Below, in pieces: positions 18,961-29,359 of a stretch of 64,000 nucleotides of DNA (positions within the stretch are counted from its first letter, which is position 1; every line of letters starts with the position of its first letter). This stretch comes from an uncultured Candidatus Rokubacteria bacterium. Lineage in GTDB: Bacteria; Methylomirabilota; Methylomirabilia; Rokubacteriales; DASRDR01. A model generated the notes under the pieces. It had not been told where the DNA came from. It saw only the letters and a list, made by a program, of their open reading frames with translations, and did no database searches. Location of the stretch: positions 4,754 through 68,753 of the forward strand of contig CAVXVV010000040.1 in the NCBI GenBank assembly GCA_963765195.1, read 5' to 3'. Both the position numbers and the translations under genes were made by a program.

Positions 18961-20604
18961 CTACTTCGTCACGAAGGTGTCGTAGAGCCAGAGGTACGAG
19001 CCGCGGGCGTCGGGGCGGATGTCGTGGACCTCGGCGCGCGCGGCGCAGAAGTTCAGCTGGTCGTAGACGGGAAAGAACAGCGCCTGCTGCATGGCGAACT
19101 CCTGGACCTCCCCGTAGAGCTGCTTGCGCCGCTCGACGTCGACCGAAGCCTCCGCGCGATCGAGCATCTCGTCCACGCGCGCGTCCTTGACCCGCGGCCA
19201 GTTGTAGGCCCCGATGTTCTTCGAGTGGAAGAAGTGACCCAGGACGGCGGGGTTCGACGCCACCCAGCCCAGGTTGGCGAGGTTCATCTCGCCCTTGCTG
19301 GCAGTGGCCAGACGCGTCGGGTTGGCCAGGAGCTTCGGCTCCACCTGCACGCCGATCTCGCGGAGCTGCGCCTGGACCACCGTCACCAGCCCCTTGAAGA
19401 ACTCGCTGCTGACGAACTCGAGCTTGAGGGGCTTCCCGTCCTTCTGCCGGATCCCGCCGGCGCCGACCTTCCAGCCGGCGCGCTCGAGGATGTCCCGCGC
19501 CCGGGCCCGATCGAACGGGTGGAGCGCCTCGACCTTCTTGTTGTACGCGAGGGTGTTCCCGGCGAGCGGGCCGTGGGCCGGCTGGTAGGCGCCGAAGTAC
19601 ACCGTCTTGATGATGTCCGCGCGGCTCAGCCCCTGGAGGATCGCCTGCCGGACCTCGAGCGAGTCGGTCGGCTCCTTCTGCGTGTTGAGGAAGACCCCGA
19701 TCGGGAGGCCTGGAATGCTCCCGATGATGAGCTTGAACCGGCTGTCGGCGCGGAGCCGCGCCAGGTCCTGCTCCGGCACGGTCTCGATGAAGTTGGTCTC
19801 GTTGTTCTCGAGCGTCGCGAGGCGCGTGGCGTCCTCCGGGATGATCTTGAAGACCACGCGGTCGAGGTAGGCCGGGCCCTGGTGCTTGAACACGGGCGAG
19901 GCCCACTGGTAGTCGGGGTTCCGCTCGAGCGTGATGTGGTCCTGGCGCACCCATTCCTTGAAGACGAACGGGCCCGTCCCGACCGGGCGCAGGCCGAAGT
20001 CCTTCCCCTGCTGCTTGACCGCCGCCGGCGAGACGATGCCGAGGAACGCCTGGCTCGCCCCGTCGAGGAACCCCGCCGAGGCGACCTTGAAGCGCACGCG
20101 CACGGTCTGCTCGTCCACGACGTCGGCGCCGGCGTACGGCCCAAGGAGCGCGGCCGCGAAACCCGACTTGGTCTCGGGATCGGCGATCCGGTCGAACGAG
20201 AACTTCACCGCGGCGGCGTTGAACGCGGTGCCGTCGTGGAACTTGACGCCGCGCCGGAGCTTGAAGGTGTAGGTGAGCCCGTCCGGCGCGACCTGCCAGG
20301 ACTCGGCGAGGCCCGGCTTGAAGCCGAGGTCCGTCGGGTCCTGCCAGACGAGCGTGTCGTAGACGTGCATCATCACCCGGTGCGACACGGCCCAGGGCGT
20401 GACGGCGGGATCCAGGTTGTCGGGCTCGGTCCGGAGCCCGAACCGGAGCTCGCCGCCCCGGACCGGCTGCTGCGCGCCGGCCAGGCGCCCGGGCGCCAGC
20501 GCCCCGGCGGCGACGGCAGCCCCCAGCGCCGTGGCCACGAATGTCCGTCGCGAGAGCGTGTCAGGGTACGCCGCGGCCACTCGGGCGCGATCCGCCTTGT
20601 CCAT
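18961..20604 (-). CDS. Family-5 ABC substrate-binding protein with Tat signal
   Basis: SRRTFV Tat motif; LAESW..DGLTYTFKLR.GVKFHDG; GTGPF; AAGGAGG RBS. Confidence 0.9.
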   Translation of the reverse strand: MDKADRARVAAAYPDTLSRRTFVATALGAAVAAGALAPGRLAGAQQPVRGGELRFGLRTEPDNLDPAVTPWAVSHRVMMHVYDTLVWQDPTDLGFKPGLAESWQVAPDGLTYTFKLRRGVKFHDGTAFNAAAVKFSFDRIADPETKSGFAAALLGPYAGADVVDEQTVRVRFKVASAGFLDGASQAFLGIVSPAAVKQQGKDFGLRPVGTGPFVFKEWVRQDHITLERNPDYQWASPVFKHQGPAYLDRVVFKIIPEDATRLATLENNETNFIETVPEQDLARLRADSRFKLIIGSIPGLPIGVFLNTQKEPTDSLEVRQAILQGLSRADIIKTVYFGAYQPAHGPLAGNTLAYNKKVEALHPFDRARARDILERAGWKVGAGGIRQKDGKPLKLEFVSSEFFKGLVTVVQAQLREIGVQVEPKLLANPTRLATASKGEMNLANLGWVASNPAVLGHFFHSKNIGAYNWPRVKDARVDEMLDRAEASVDVERRKQLYGEVQEFAMQQALFFPVYDQLNFCAARAEVHDIRPDARGSYLWLYDTFVTK

Positions 20605-20658
20605 CGCGAGACCCTCCTTGTGCTGTGGCTCCCTCGGCTCGGTCGATCCGGCCACGCG

Positions 20659-21522
20659 TCACACCGCGGCGTAGGTCAGGAAGCCCCGCACCGCGGCCAG
20701 GTAGGCGTCGGGCTCGTCGCTCGCCACCGCGTGGGCGCTGTCCTCGAAGATCTTGAGCTGCGCCCGCGGGATCCGCTCGGCGATGAGCCGGGAGTGCTGG
20801 GGCGGGCAGATCCAGTCGTGCGCGCCCCCGATGACCAGGGTGGGGCAGCGGATCTCGTGGAGGCGCTCGGTGTAGTCGAACGTCCGCAGGAAGTCGCCGA
20901 AGCCCCGGTTGAGCGCGACGAAGGACGGCTTGCCCCGCGCCCAGCCGTCGTCGAACTCCTCGACCCGGAACCGGCGCGAGTAGAGCGGCCCCATGACGTA
21001 GTAGTACTCGCGCAGCTGGGCGAAATTCTCGAAGGTGCCTTCCCAGAGCCGCTGGCAGACGCGGATCTGGTCGGGCGTGCCCCGCTCCTTCACGATGGCG
21101 CGGGCGTCCCCGATGAACCGGTAGCTCGGCGCCGTGCAGACGAGGATCAGGTTCGCGACCCGCTCGGGGTACCGCAGGGCGTAGCCCTGGGCGACCATCC
21201 CGCCGTACGAGGAGCCCAGCATCGAGATCCGCGGGAGCCCGAGGTGCTCGCGCAGCGCGTCCAGGTCGTCGATGTTGCTGTCGAGGGTGTACGTCGCGGG
21301 GTCGCCCTCGGCGCTCCGTCCCGAGCCGCGGTGGTCCACGTACACGAGCTGCGCCACGCCCCGCAGCGCGCCGGAGTTGGTCTTGAAGCGCGAGTGCTCG
21401 CCCCCCGGCCCCCCGTGGACGAGGAAGAGCGTCGGGCGCTCGGCCATCCGGGCGCCATCCGGGACGAGCCCCATCCCGTCGACGTCGAAGTAGAGCTCCG
21501 TGTCGCGAACCCTGGCGCGCAT
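20659..21522 (-). CDS. Proline iminopeptidase-like alpha/beta hydrolase
   Basis: HGGPG, DHRGSGRS, GSSYGG nucleophile motif. Confidence 0.85.
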   Translation of the reverse strand: MRARVRDTELYFDVDGMGLVPDGARMAERPTLFLVHGGPGGEHSRFKTNSGALRGVAQLVYVDHRGSGRSAEGDPATYTLDSNIDDLDALREHLGLPRISMLGSSYGGMVAQGYALRYPERVANLILVCTAPSYRFIGDARAIVKERGTPDQIRVCQRLWEGTFENFAQLREYYYVMGPLYSRRFRVEEFDDGWARGKPSFVALNRGFGDFLRTFDYTERLHEIRCPTLVIGGAHDWICPPQHSRLIAERIPRAQLKIFEDSAHAVASDEPDAYLAAVRGFLTYAAV

Positions 21523-21727
21523 GACCCCCTCCTGGCGGCGACGCCTCGGATCGTCCCGGCGGGCGACGCCAACCGTCGCGGCCTTGGTCATACTATGGGC
21601 GCTCCCGGCGCGCAACGGGCCGCCCGCGGACCAGAGGCGGACGGATTGCGCCGGAACAGGGCTGGCGTTAGCCTTCCCGAGCGGTGCCGACCCGGCCGGG
21701 CGGTCCGGCGCGGCAGGAAGGAGCGAC

Positions 21728-22486
21728 GTGATCGACGGTCCAGTGAGCGACAAGGCCTCGCGGGTCCAGGCGATGTTCGCGCGCATCGCGCCGCGCTACG
21801 ACCTCATGAACGCGCTGATGACGGGCGGCCGGGACCGCGCGTGGCGGCGGACCGCGGCGCGCGTCGCCGCGCCGCCGGCGGGGAGCCTCGCCCTCGACCT
21901 CGCCACGGGCACGGGCGACCTCGCCCTGGCGCTCCTCGGGGAGACCCGGGTGCGCGGCGTGGTAGGTGTCGACTTCGTCGAGGGAATGCTGCGCCTCGGC
22001 CAGGTGAAGCTCGGAGCGCTCGGGGAGCGGCGCGTCCGGCTCCTCGCGGGCGACGCGCTGGCGCTCCCGTTCGCGGACGCGAGCTTCGGCTGCGTCGGGT
22101 CGGCCTTCCTCCTCCGCAACCTGGCCGACCTGCGCGCGGGCCTCGCCGAGATGCGGCGCGTGACCGCGCCCGGGGGGAGCGTCGTCGCCCTCGAGATCAC
22201 GCAGCCGACGCTCCCCGGCTGGCGCCAGGCCTTCCGCCTCTACTTCCACCACGTCGTGCCAGCGATCGGCGCGCTGATCGCGCGGAACCGCGACGCGTAC
22301 ACGTACCTCCCCCAGTCCGTCGACCGCTTCGTGACGCCGGGCGAGCTCGCGCGCCTCATGGAGGCGGTCGGGCTCCGCGACGTCCGTGTCCGGCGCGTCG
22401 GTCTCGGCACCGTGACGATCCACGTCGGCCGCGTCGGCTCCGCCACCTCGATCACCCACGCCGGGCGCGCGAGCGCCGCGGCCTGA
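21728..22486 (+). CDS. menG: Demethylmenaquinone methyltransferase (MenG/UbiE)
   Basis: MFARIAPRYDLMN, LDLATGTGD, YTYLPQSV. Confidence 0.88.
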   Translation: MIDGPVSDKASRVQAMFARIAPRYDLMNALMTGGRDRAWRRTAARVAAPPAGSLALDLATGTGDLALALLGETRVRGVVGVDFVEGMLRLGQVKLGALGERRVRLLAGDALALPFADASFGCVGSAFLLRNLADLRAGLAEMRRVTAPGGSVVALEITQPTLPGWRQAFRLYFHHVVPAIGALIARNRDAYTYLPQSVDRFVTPGELARLMEAVGLRDVRVRRVGLGTVTIHVGRVGSATSITHAGRASAAA

Positions 22487-22500
22487 CCGGAGGACCTTCC

Positions 22501-23289
22501 ATGCCCTTCCTCGAGCGCGATGGCGCGCGGCTCTACTACGAGACCCACGGCGCGGGCCCCGCGCTCGTCTTCGTCCACGGCCTGGGCGGCGGCCACCTCT
22601 CCTGGTGGCAGCAGGTGCCGCACTTCCGCGACCGCTACGCCTGCGTGGTCCTCGACCATCGCGGGTTCGGGCTCTCGACGGAATCGCCCGAGAGGCCCGG
22701 ACCGGACGCGTACGTCGACGACCTCGCCGCGCTCGTCGACCACCTCGGGCTGGCCGACGTGCGGCTGGTGGCCCAGTCGATGGGCGGCTGGACGTGCCTC
22801 GGCTACGCGCTCCGGCATCCCGAGCGCGTGAAGGCGCTCGTCATGGCGGCCACCACCGGCACGCTCGGCGACCCCGAGACGCACGCGCTCTTCAAGGCTC
22901 ACGGAGCCGCGCAGCCGGAGAAGGGGCTCTTCGAGCGCGGCATCCACCCCGCGGCCGGGGAGCGCATGGCGCAGGAGCAGCCGGCGCTCCACTTCCTCTA
23001 CCGGGAGCTCGACGCGCTCTCCCAGGACCTCGACAAGACCGGGATCCGGAAGAAGCTGATCGCGATGCGGACGACGCCGCGGGCAACCGTCGCCGCGCTC
23101 CGGGCGCCGCTCCTCTGCGTCGTCGGCGAGGAGGATGTCGTGATCCCGCCCGACGCCGTCGGAGTGCTCGCGTCGATCGTGCCGGGCGCGCGCCTGGCGC
23201 GCGTGCCGGCGGCGGGTCACTCGGTCTACTTCGAGCGCCCCGTCGCCTTCAACCGCCTGGTCGACGAGTTCCTGGCCGCGGCGCGCTGA
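22501..23289 (+). CDS. Alpha/beta hydrolase
   Basis: HGLGG, DHRGFG, QSMGG, AGHSVYFE; GGAGG RBS (real gene is the tail of the long 17413 ORF). Confidence 0.88.
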   Translation: MPFLERDGARLYYETHGAGPALVFVHGLGGGHLSWWQQVPHFRDRYACVVLDHRGFGLSTESPERPGPDAYVDDLAALVDHLGLADVRLVAQSMGGWTCLGYALRHPERVKALVMAATTGTLGDPETHALFKAHGAAQPEKGLFERGIHPAAGERMAQEQPALHFLYRELDALSQDLDKTGIRKKLIAMRTTPRATVAALRAPLLCVVGEEDVVIPPDAVGVLASIVPGARLARVPAAGHSVYFERPVAFNRLVDEFLAAAR

Positions 23290-23297
23290 GCGCGGCC

Positions 23298-23702
23298 GTG
23301 CCGGACTTCGAGACGCGGCCGCTCCCGGCCGAGCCCGACGCCCGGGCGCCGGACGGCGCCGACGTGCGGATCCTCCTCCGGCTCGCCGGCGGGAGCATGG
23401 CGCACTTCGCCCTCGGGCCGGGCCGCGTCTCGCGCGCGGTGACCCACCGGACCGTCGAGGAGATCTGGTACGTGCTGGGCGGGCGCGGCGAGATGTGGCG
23501 GCGCCAGGGGGACCGGGAGAGCGTCAGCGCGCTCGAGCCCGGCGTGTGCCTCACGATCCCGCTCGGCACGCACTTCCAGTTCAGGTCGATCGGCCCGGAG
23601 CCGCTCGCCGCCGTCGCCGTCACGATGCCGCCCTGGCCCGGGCCCGACGAGGCCCTGCCCGTCGCGGGCCACTGGCCGCCGACTCAGCTGCCGCCCGTCT
23701 GA
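23298..23702 (+). CDS. Cupin domain protein
   Basis: HRTVEEIWYVLGGRGEMWR...IPLGTHFQFR. Confidence 0.85.
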   Translation: MPDFETRPLPAEPDARAPDGADVRILLRLAGGSMAHFALGPGRVSRAVTHRTVEEIWYVLGGRGEMWRRQGDRESVSALEPGVCLTIPLGTHFQFRSIGPEPLAAVAVTMPPWPGPDEALPVAGHWPPTQLPPV

Positions 23703-24218
23703 TTTGCCCGTCGGCGCCCAACCTGGCGCCGTGCTCGTAGCCCCGTGCCGTGCGTGACGAGGTGCGGTCCTCTCGTCGCTCACGACTCATCGATGTTTGC
23801 GAGGCGCAAACCCTTTCGTCCTCGGCGCTGCGCACCCGCGTGTGGCGTGGTCCAGGCGCGGATGGCGTCAGCTCGGCCCGGGCGCGGCCCGGCCCAGCAG
23901 GCCGCCACGGATCGAGCGCCGCAGGCGCGAGACGTGCCGGCCGCGCCGGATGATCGGACCCCTTCGCCGTCGGCCCGCGACGCGCAGCGTCGTGGGCTGT
24001 GGCGAACGGGTGGCGGAGCGACGCCGCGACCGGGGCGGGCCGACGACAGGACCCGCGCCCGGGAGCGCGCTGAAGCGCCGGGTAGCGCGAGCGCCAAGCC
24101 GCGCCTATACTCCTGTGGTGCCGCGGGGACGGCTCCGCGGCCTGTACCAGCGGCGATGTCCCGTGGTGGTGATCTTCACGACGAATCGATCCGGACCGAA
24201 TCCAGGAAGGAGCCTGAC

Positions 24219-25007
24219 GTGCGCGAGAACACGGTGAAGTCGATCTGGGCCAAGGGCGGGGTCGTGGTCAACGGGTGGCTGTCGATCCCGTCGAGCTTCT
24301 CGGCGGAGGTGATGGCGCACCAGGGCTTCGACTCCCTGGTGGTGGACATGCAGCACGGCGTGGTCGACTACCAGACCGCCGTGACGATGCTCCAGGCGAT
24401 CTCGACGACGGGCGTGATCCCCTTCGCGCGCGTGCCGTGGAACGACCCGGCCCACATCATGAAGATCCTCGACGCCGGCGCCTACGGGATCATCTGCCCG
24501 ATGATCAACTCCCGGAAGGAGGCCGAGCAGCTGGTCCGGACCTGCAAGTACGCGCCCAAGGGCTACCGGAGCTTCGGCCCGGTGCGGGCGTCGATCTACG
24601 GCGGCACGGACTACGCGACGGCGGCGAACGACACGCTGGTCGTGATGCCGATGATCGAGACGAAGGAAGCCGTCCAGAACATCGACGAGATCCTGAGCAC
24701 ACCCGGGATCGACGCGGTGTACGTCGGCCCCGCCGACCTCTCGCTCACCCTCGGCTGCACGCCGAAGCTCGACCAGACCGAGCCGCCGGTCGTCGAGGCC
24801 CTCGGGAAGATCCTCACGGCCTGCAAGCGCCACAAGGTCATCGCGGGCCTGCACAACGCCACCAGCGGCTACGCGCTCAAGATGGCCGCCCAGGGCTGGC
24901 AGTTCGTCACTCTCGCAAGCGACAGCCGGTTCCTCGCGGCGAAGGCCGCCGAGGAGGCGGCCGCCGTGAAGCAGACCGTCGCCAGCGGGAAGCTCCCCGC
25001 CTACTAG
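24219..25007 (+). CDS. HpcH/HpaI aldolase family protein
   Basis: VDMQHG, LDAGAYGIICPM, MIET, YVGPADL; AAGGAG RBS. Confidence 0.9.
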   Translation: MRENTVKSIWAKGGVVVNGWLSIPSSFSAEVMAHQGFDSLVVDMQHGVVDYQTAVTMLQAISTTGVIPFARVPWNDPAHIMKILDAGAYGIICPMINSRKEAEQLVRTCKYAPKGYRSFGPVRASIYGGTDYATAANDTLVVMPMIETKEAVQNIDEILSTPGIDAVYVGPADLSLTLGCTPKLDQTEPPVVEALGKILTACKRHKVIAGLHNATSGYALKMAAQGWQFVTLASDSRFLAAKAAEEAAAVKQTVASGKLPAY

Positions 25008-25174
25008 GGCGGACGCAGTCGTCCCGCCGCGCTCGGGCGGGACAGCGCTCCGGGCTCGCCCGGAACCGAGTGTGAGCGGCATGGCGGATCAGGCGTCGAC
25101 ACGATCGTCCTGATTCGCCACGCCGCCCGGCGCGGTGACGCGCCCCATCCTCGCTCCTTCCTTCCGGTTCGGAG

Positions 25175-26374
25175 CTACGGCGTCGCCGCGGACCGCGGCC
25201 GCACCAGCTCCGCCAGGAGCCGCTCGTACGCCTCCACAGCGCAGTCGAGCGCGTGGGGGCGAATCCGCGCGCGCGCCTGCCGGCCGAGCGCGGCCCGACG
25301 CTCGGGCGCACCGGCCAGCGCGAGGATCTTCTCGGTCAGGTCGGCGACGTCCCCCATGCGGAACAGGACGCCGGTCTCCCCGTCGACGATGACCTCCCGC
25401 GCCGCCTGGATGTCGCTCGCCACGAGCGCCCGACCACAGGCCTGCGTCTCGGCGTACGCGCGCGCGAGCGCCTCCCACTCCGACGGCATGACGACCATGT
25501 CCGCCAGGTTCAGGTAGGCGGGGATCTCGGCGTGGTCGACCCATCCCACGAACCGGAAGCGATGGTGGATCCCGGCGTCGCGACACGCCGATTCCATCGG
25601 TCCCCGGAGCGGGCCGTCCCCGACGATCAGGTAGACGAGCCGTCCGTCGCGCCGGATCGCGGCGGATGCCGATTTGGCCAGATCCATGGGCCGCTTGACC
25701 GGCTTCAGATTGGAGACATGGGCGACGACGACCGCGTCGGGGGAAATCTCGAGCGCCTGGGGCAATGCAGGGTCCTTCGGGCGCGGCGCGAACTGCTCGA
25801 TGTCGACGGCGGTGGGGATGACCGTGACGCGGTCGACGCCGCGCGCGCGGACGAGATCGGCCAGGTGGCGGCCCGGGGAGATCGCTGCGGCCGCCATCCT
25901 GTAGGCCTCGAGCAGCCGGGACGCGAGCGCGGGCGGGTACCACCCCTGCAGGAGCCCCAAGCTCGTGCCGCCAGGCAGCCGCAGCACGAACGGGAGCCGC
26001 CACCGGGCGGCGATCGGCGCCACGCAGGCCGCATAGGTCTCGCGCCCCACGAAGATGAGATCGGGGCGCCGCGCGCGGAGCAGGAGCGGCAGCAGGCGCT
26101 CGGCCTCGCTCTCCTCGCGGCGCCAGTGGTCCTCGGGCGCCGGAGTCTGCGGGCTGACGTAGAAGTAGGGAATCGTGAAGCGCGTGATCTCGACGGCGGG
26201 GTGACGCGCGGCGAACGCGTCGCCGTCCCGCGCCGCGTCCTCGGTGATCGGCGCGACCGCCCGGACGACGTGGCCCCGCCGCGCGAGCCCGGTCATGATC
26301 TGCCCCGCCGAGATCGCCGCGCCGCCCGGGTGCGGCGGCAGGAGACCGACGAACAGCAGGTCCAGGGGTCTCAC
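25175..26374 (-). CDS. GT4 family glycosyltransferase
   Basis: KRP, GDGPLR, MPSEWEAL...ETQACG, VDGETGVL. Confidence 0.85.
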   Translation of the reverse strand: MRPLDLLFVGLLPPHPGGAAISAGQIMTGLARRGHVVRAVAPITEDAARDGDAFAARHPAVEITRFTIPYFYVSPQTPAPEDHWRREESEAERLLPLLLRARRPDLIFVGRETYAACVAPIAARWRLPFVLRLPGGTSLGLLQGWYPPALASRLLEAYRMAAAAISPGRHLADLVRARGVDRVTVIPTAVDIEQFAPRPKDPALPQALEISPDAVVVAHVSNLKPVKRPMDLAKSASAAIRRDGRLVYLIVGDGPLRGPMESACRDAGIHHRFRFVGWVDHAEIPAYLNLADMVVMPSEWEALARAYAETQACGRALVASDIQAAREVIVDGETGVLFRMGDVADLTEKILALAGAPERRAALGRQARARIRPHALDCAVEAYERLLAELVRPRSAATP

Positions 26375-26384
26375 GGGTCGCGGC

Positions 26385-27956
26385 TCACGCGCGCGCGTCG
26401 CGCTCGAGCGTGCGGTAGGGCAGGACCTTCCCGCGGGCCGTGGGACGGGGCCGCTCGCGTCGCACGCGGACCGCATCCGCTCGCGCCCACTGCTCGACCA
26501 TGAACGGGTACGGGCGGCGGAGGCGGCCCAGCTCGTCGAGCAGCGCGGTCACGAGCGCCTGCTCGTCGAGCGGGCCCACCTCGGGGCTGACCAGGAGCGC
26601 GTAGCTCGGCAGCCCTCGTGGCGTCTCGTTCTCGAGGAGCTGGTAGTCCGCCGCGCTCCCGCCGAACCGCCGCGGCAGGGCTTCCTCCATCACCCGGTAG
26701 AGATCGGCCACCCGGATGGTGGCGCCCTCCCCGGTGAGCTTCTCGAAGCTCCGGACCGTGTGGAGCGCCTGGTCGTATCCGAGCCGGCCCAGGCCGCAGC
26801 CGCAGGCGCGCTCGACGAGCGTGCCGGAGTCCCCGATCTCGACGTTCAGCGCCAGCTTGGGACAGCTGGGCAGGAGCGCCGTGAACAGGAGCGCGTCCGC
26901 CGTGTCCCCCGAGGGCAGCTCGCGCGGCCTCGAGACGGCGGCGAGCCCGTCGCGGAAGAGATGCACCGCGTCGGCCTCGCTCGCGTGACCGCACTGGACG
27001 CCGATGGGTCCGAGCTCGGACGTCCCGTACGTCGTGAAGGCCCCCGCCCCGGACGCCACGATCGTCTGCCGCCGCGCCTCGGTCACGGGCTCCCCGCCGA
27101 GGAGGAAGGCGACGCCCTGGAGCGACAGGCCCTCCTCGAGCGCGGCCATCGCGATCCGCGCCGCCGTGCTCGGCGGCGTGCTCACGCAGGCCGGGGCGCC
27201 GCGCGCGGCCATCCCGGCGAGCCGCCGCGCGACCGTGGCCAGCGCGCCGAGACTCACCGGCTCGAGCGGCGGGACGCCGGTCCGGCGCCGGACCTGCCCG
27301 TTGAGGTAGCGGCAGACCAGGCGGTAGCCCGGCGAGGCCGCGTCCCCGGTCGAGAACCAGGCGGCGAACGGCTTGCCGTAGCGGATGCATCGGAGCTGGC
27401 GGCCGACGATCCCCGGGTACGTCGGGGTCACGAAGACGAGCGGGCGATCGAGCCAGCCCTCCGCCGCGAACCACGCGGCCCAGCCGGGCGCCGTCTCCGC
27501 GAGATAGTCGAGGTCGATCAGGGTGCGCCGCGGGCGCCCGTGGGTCCCGCCGCTCGTGCCCCAGAAGTCCGCCCGGGTCAGCGGGCTGTCGAAGTCCTCG
27601 TCGGAGAACGCGGCGCGCTCGCCGCCGCGCTCGATCGCCTGCTGGCCCTTGAACTCCCGGAACGAGACGTACACGCCCGCCCGGGCGATGGTCCGCAGCA
27701 TCCCCTCGACGCCGTCCGTCGCGACCAGGGCCCGGACGTCGCCGAGCTCCAGGCCCGCGGCGCGGAACAGCAGCGGATACGGGCTCCGGGGCTCCCGGAG
27801 GAGCCGTTCGACGAGCCGGAGGACGGCCGTCCCCCGCGCCGCGAGGCGCTCCGCGATGATCCTCCGCGCGGCGGCGGCATCGATCGGCGCCTCGCAGAAG
27901 GCGCGGAGGCGAACGGCGAAGCGCGCGAGACCGAAGGCGAGCGACAGGGGCGACAC
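26385..27956 (-). CDS. PaaK/phenylacetate-CoA ligase-like adenylate-forming superfamily protein
   Basis: TSGGTHG P-loop-like, GGEP, YGTSE, GDSG, RSFEKLTGEG, TARGKVLP. Confidence 0.6.
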   Translation of the reverse strand: MSPLSLAFGLARFAVRLRAFCEAPIDAAAARRIIAERLAARGTAVLRLVERLLREPRSPYPLLFRAAGLELGDVRALVATDGVEGMLRTIARAGVYVSFREFKGQQAIERGGERAAFSDEDFDSPLTRADFWGTSGGTHGRPRRTLIDLDYLAETAPGWAAWFAAEGWLDRPLVFVTPTYPGIVGRQLRCIRYGKPFAAWFSTGDAASPGYRLVCRYLNGQVRRRTGVPPLEPVSLGALATVARRLAGMAARGAPACVSTPPSTAARIAMAALEEGLSLQGVAFLLGGEPVTEARRQTIVASGAGAFTTYGTSELGPIGVQCGHASEADAVHLFRDGLAAVSRPRELPSGDTADALLFTALLPSCPKLALNVEIGDSGTLVERACGCGLGRLGYDQALHTVRSFEKLTGEGATIRVADLYRVMEEALPRRFGGSAADYQLLENETPRGLPSYALLVSPEVGPLDEQALVTALLDELGRLRRPYPFMVEQWARADAVRVRRERPRPTARGKVLPYRTLERDARA

Positions 27957-28399
27957 GCGGCCCCTATCGGACCCGGACGGCGGGCCGGGTGTCAAGGGCC
28001 GCGAACGGCGCCGACGCTACCGGCATCCGCCAGCCGGCTCCGATCTGCGCGCCGCACCCGACGGCGGCGGAGATCACGTGACACTGCCGGCGGCCCCCGC
28101 GGGCCTGGAGGATCGTCGCGGTGACGGCGAGCGGGCTACTCCGTGGCGAGATCCGAGGCTCCGCCGTCGCATGCTTCACCGCCCGGTCCGAGTCGTCCTG
28201 TAGCTGGTCCCGCCAGCTCCTCCACCTCGGCTGGCGGGGGCTGGCGAGCGCCGCTCCTCGTGGTCCATCCGGCGACGCTGTGGCTGGCGCCGGGTTGACG
28301 TGGGCACGGCACAGCACAGCGAGGTGGGACCCTTACGCTCCTCCCGCCTCGCGACGTCGCGCACCGCCGACGTCCTCGCCGCCGCCGCGATCCCGCGCC

Positions 28400-28765
28400 C
28401 TAGCGGAGCGGGCGCGCGAAGGACAGCTCGTGGCCGTCGGGGGCCGTGAGGTGGAAGTAGCGCTCGCCCCACTCGGCGTCCCGGGGCGGCGCTTCGGGGG
28501 CGAGCCCGGCGGCGAGGGCCCGGGCATGGAGCGCGTCCACGTCGTCGACGTGAAGGACGATCCGTCCCCACCACCCCCACCGCGCGTCCGGCGGCGCCAC
28601 GATGAGGTTCAGGTGGCTGTCGCCGACACCGAAGGACGTGAAGCTCGCGGTCTCTCCCCCACTCGTCAGCTCGAAGCCGAGCGCGCGGTAGAAACTGACG
28701 GCGCGCCCCATGTTGTGGGTGGCCAGGGTCACGGCGCTGATCGCTCGGAGGCGCGGGTGGCCCAC
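28400..28765 (-). CDS. VOC/glyoxalase family protein
   Basis: AVSFYRALGF, HVDDVDA, PRDAEWGERYFHL..PDGHELSF. Confidence 0.88.
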   Translation of the reverse strand: MGHPRLRAISAVTLATHNMGRAVSFYRALGFELTSGGETASFTSFGVGDSHLNLIVAPPDARWGWWGRIVLHVDDVDALHARALAAGLAPEAPPRDAEWGERYFHLTAPDGHELSFARPLR

Positions 28766-28787
28766 GCGGCATTCTAGCCCGGAGCCC

Positions 28788-28808
28788 GGTGCTCGTTCCT
28801 TGGGCACC
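28788..28808. promoter_or_regulatory. Putative NtrC-type enhancer site
   Basis: GGTGCTC-N7-GGGCACC near-palindrome about 100 bp upstream of the sigma54 promoter of PII-amtB. Confidence 0.45.
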
Positions 28809-28873
28809 CTGATCGCCCGCTAGGCACCGTTCCGGCGGAGGTCGCGCGCGATCGCTCCACCGCCTCGCAGTGA

Positions 28874-29296
<423 letters not shown>

Positions 29297-29359
29297 CGCC
29301 ATGTCCATGAGCCCACGCGGCCGCTGACCTCCGGGTCGCGCCGCCTAGGAGGAGCAACG

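Noticed and set aside
17413-23289. 1958-aa ORF and other very long ORFs (13518-16265, 44730-48539, 51940-55974)
   Set aside because: Antisense or off-frame shadows of real genes in very GC-rich DNA; only the terminal parts of some (22501-23289, 55138-55974) are true genes
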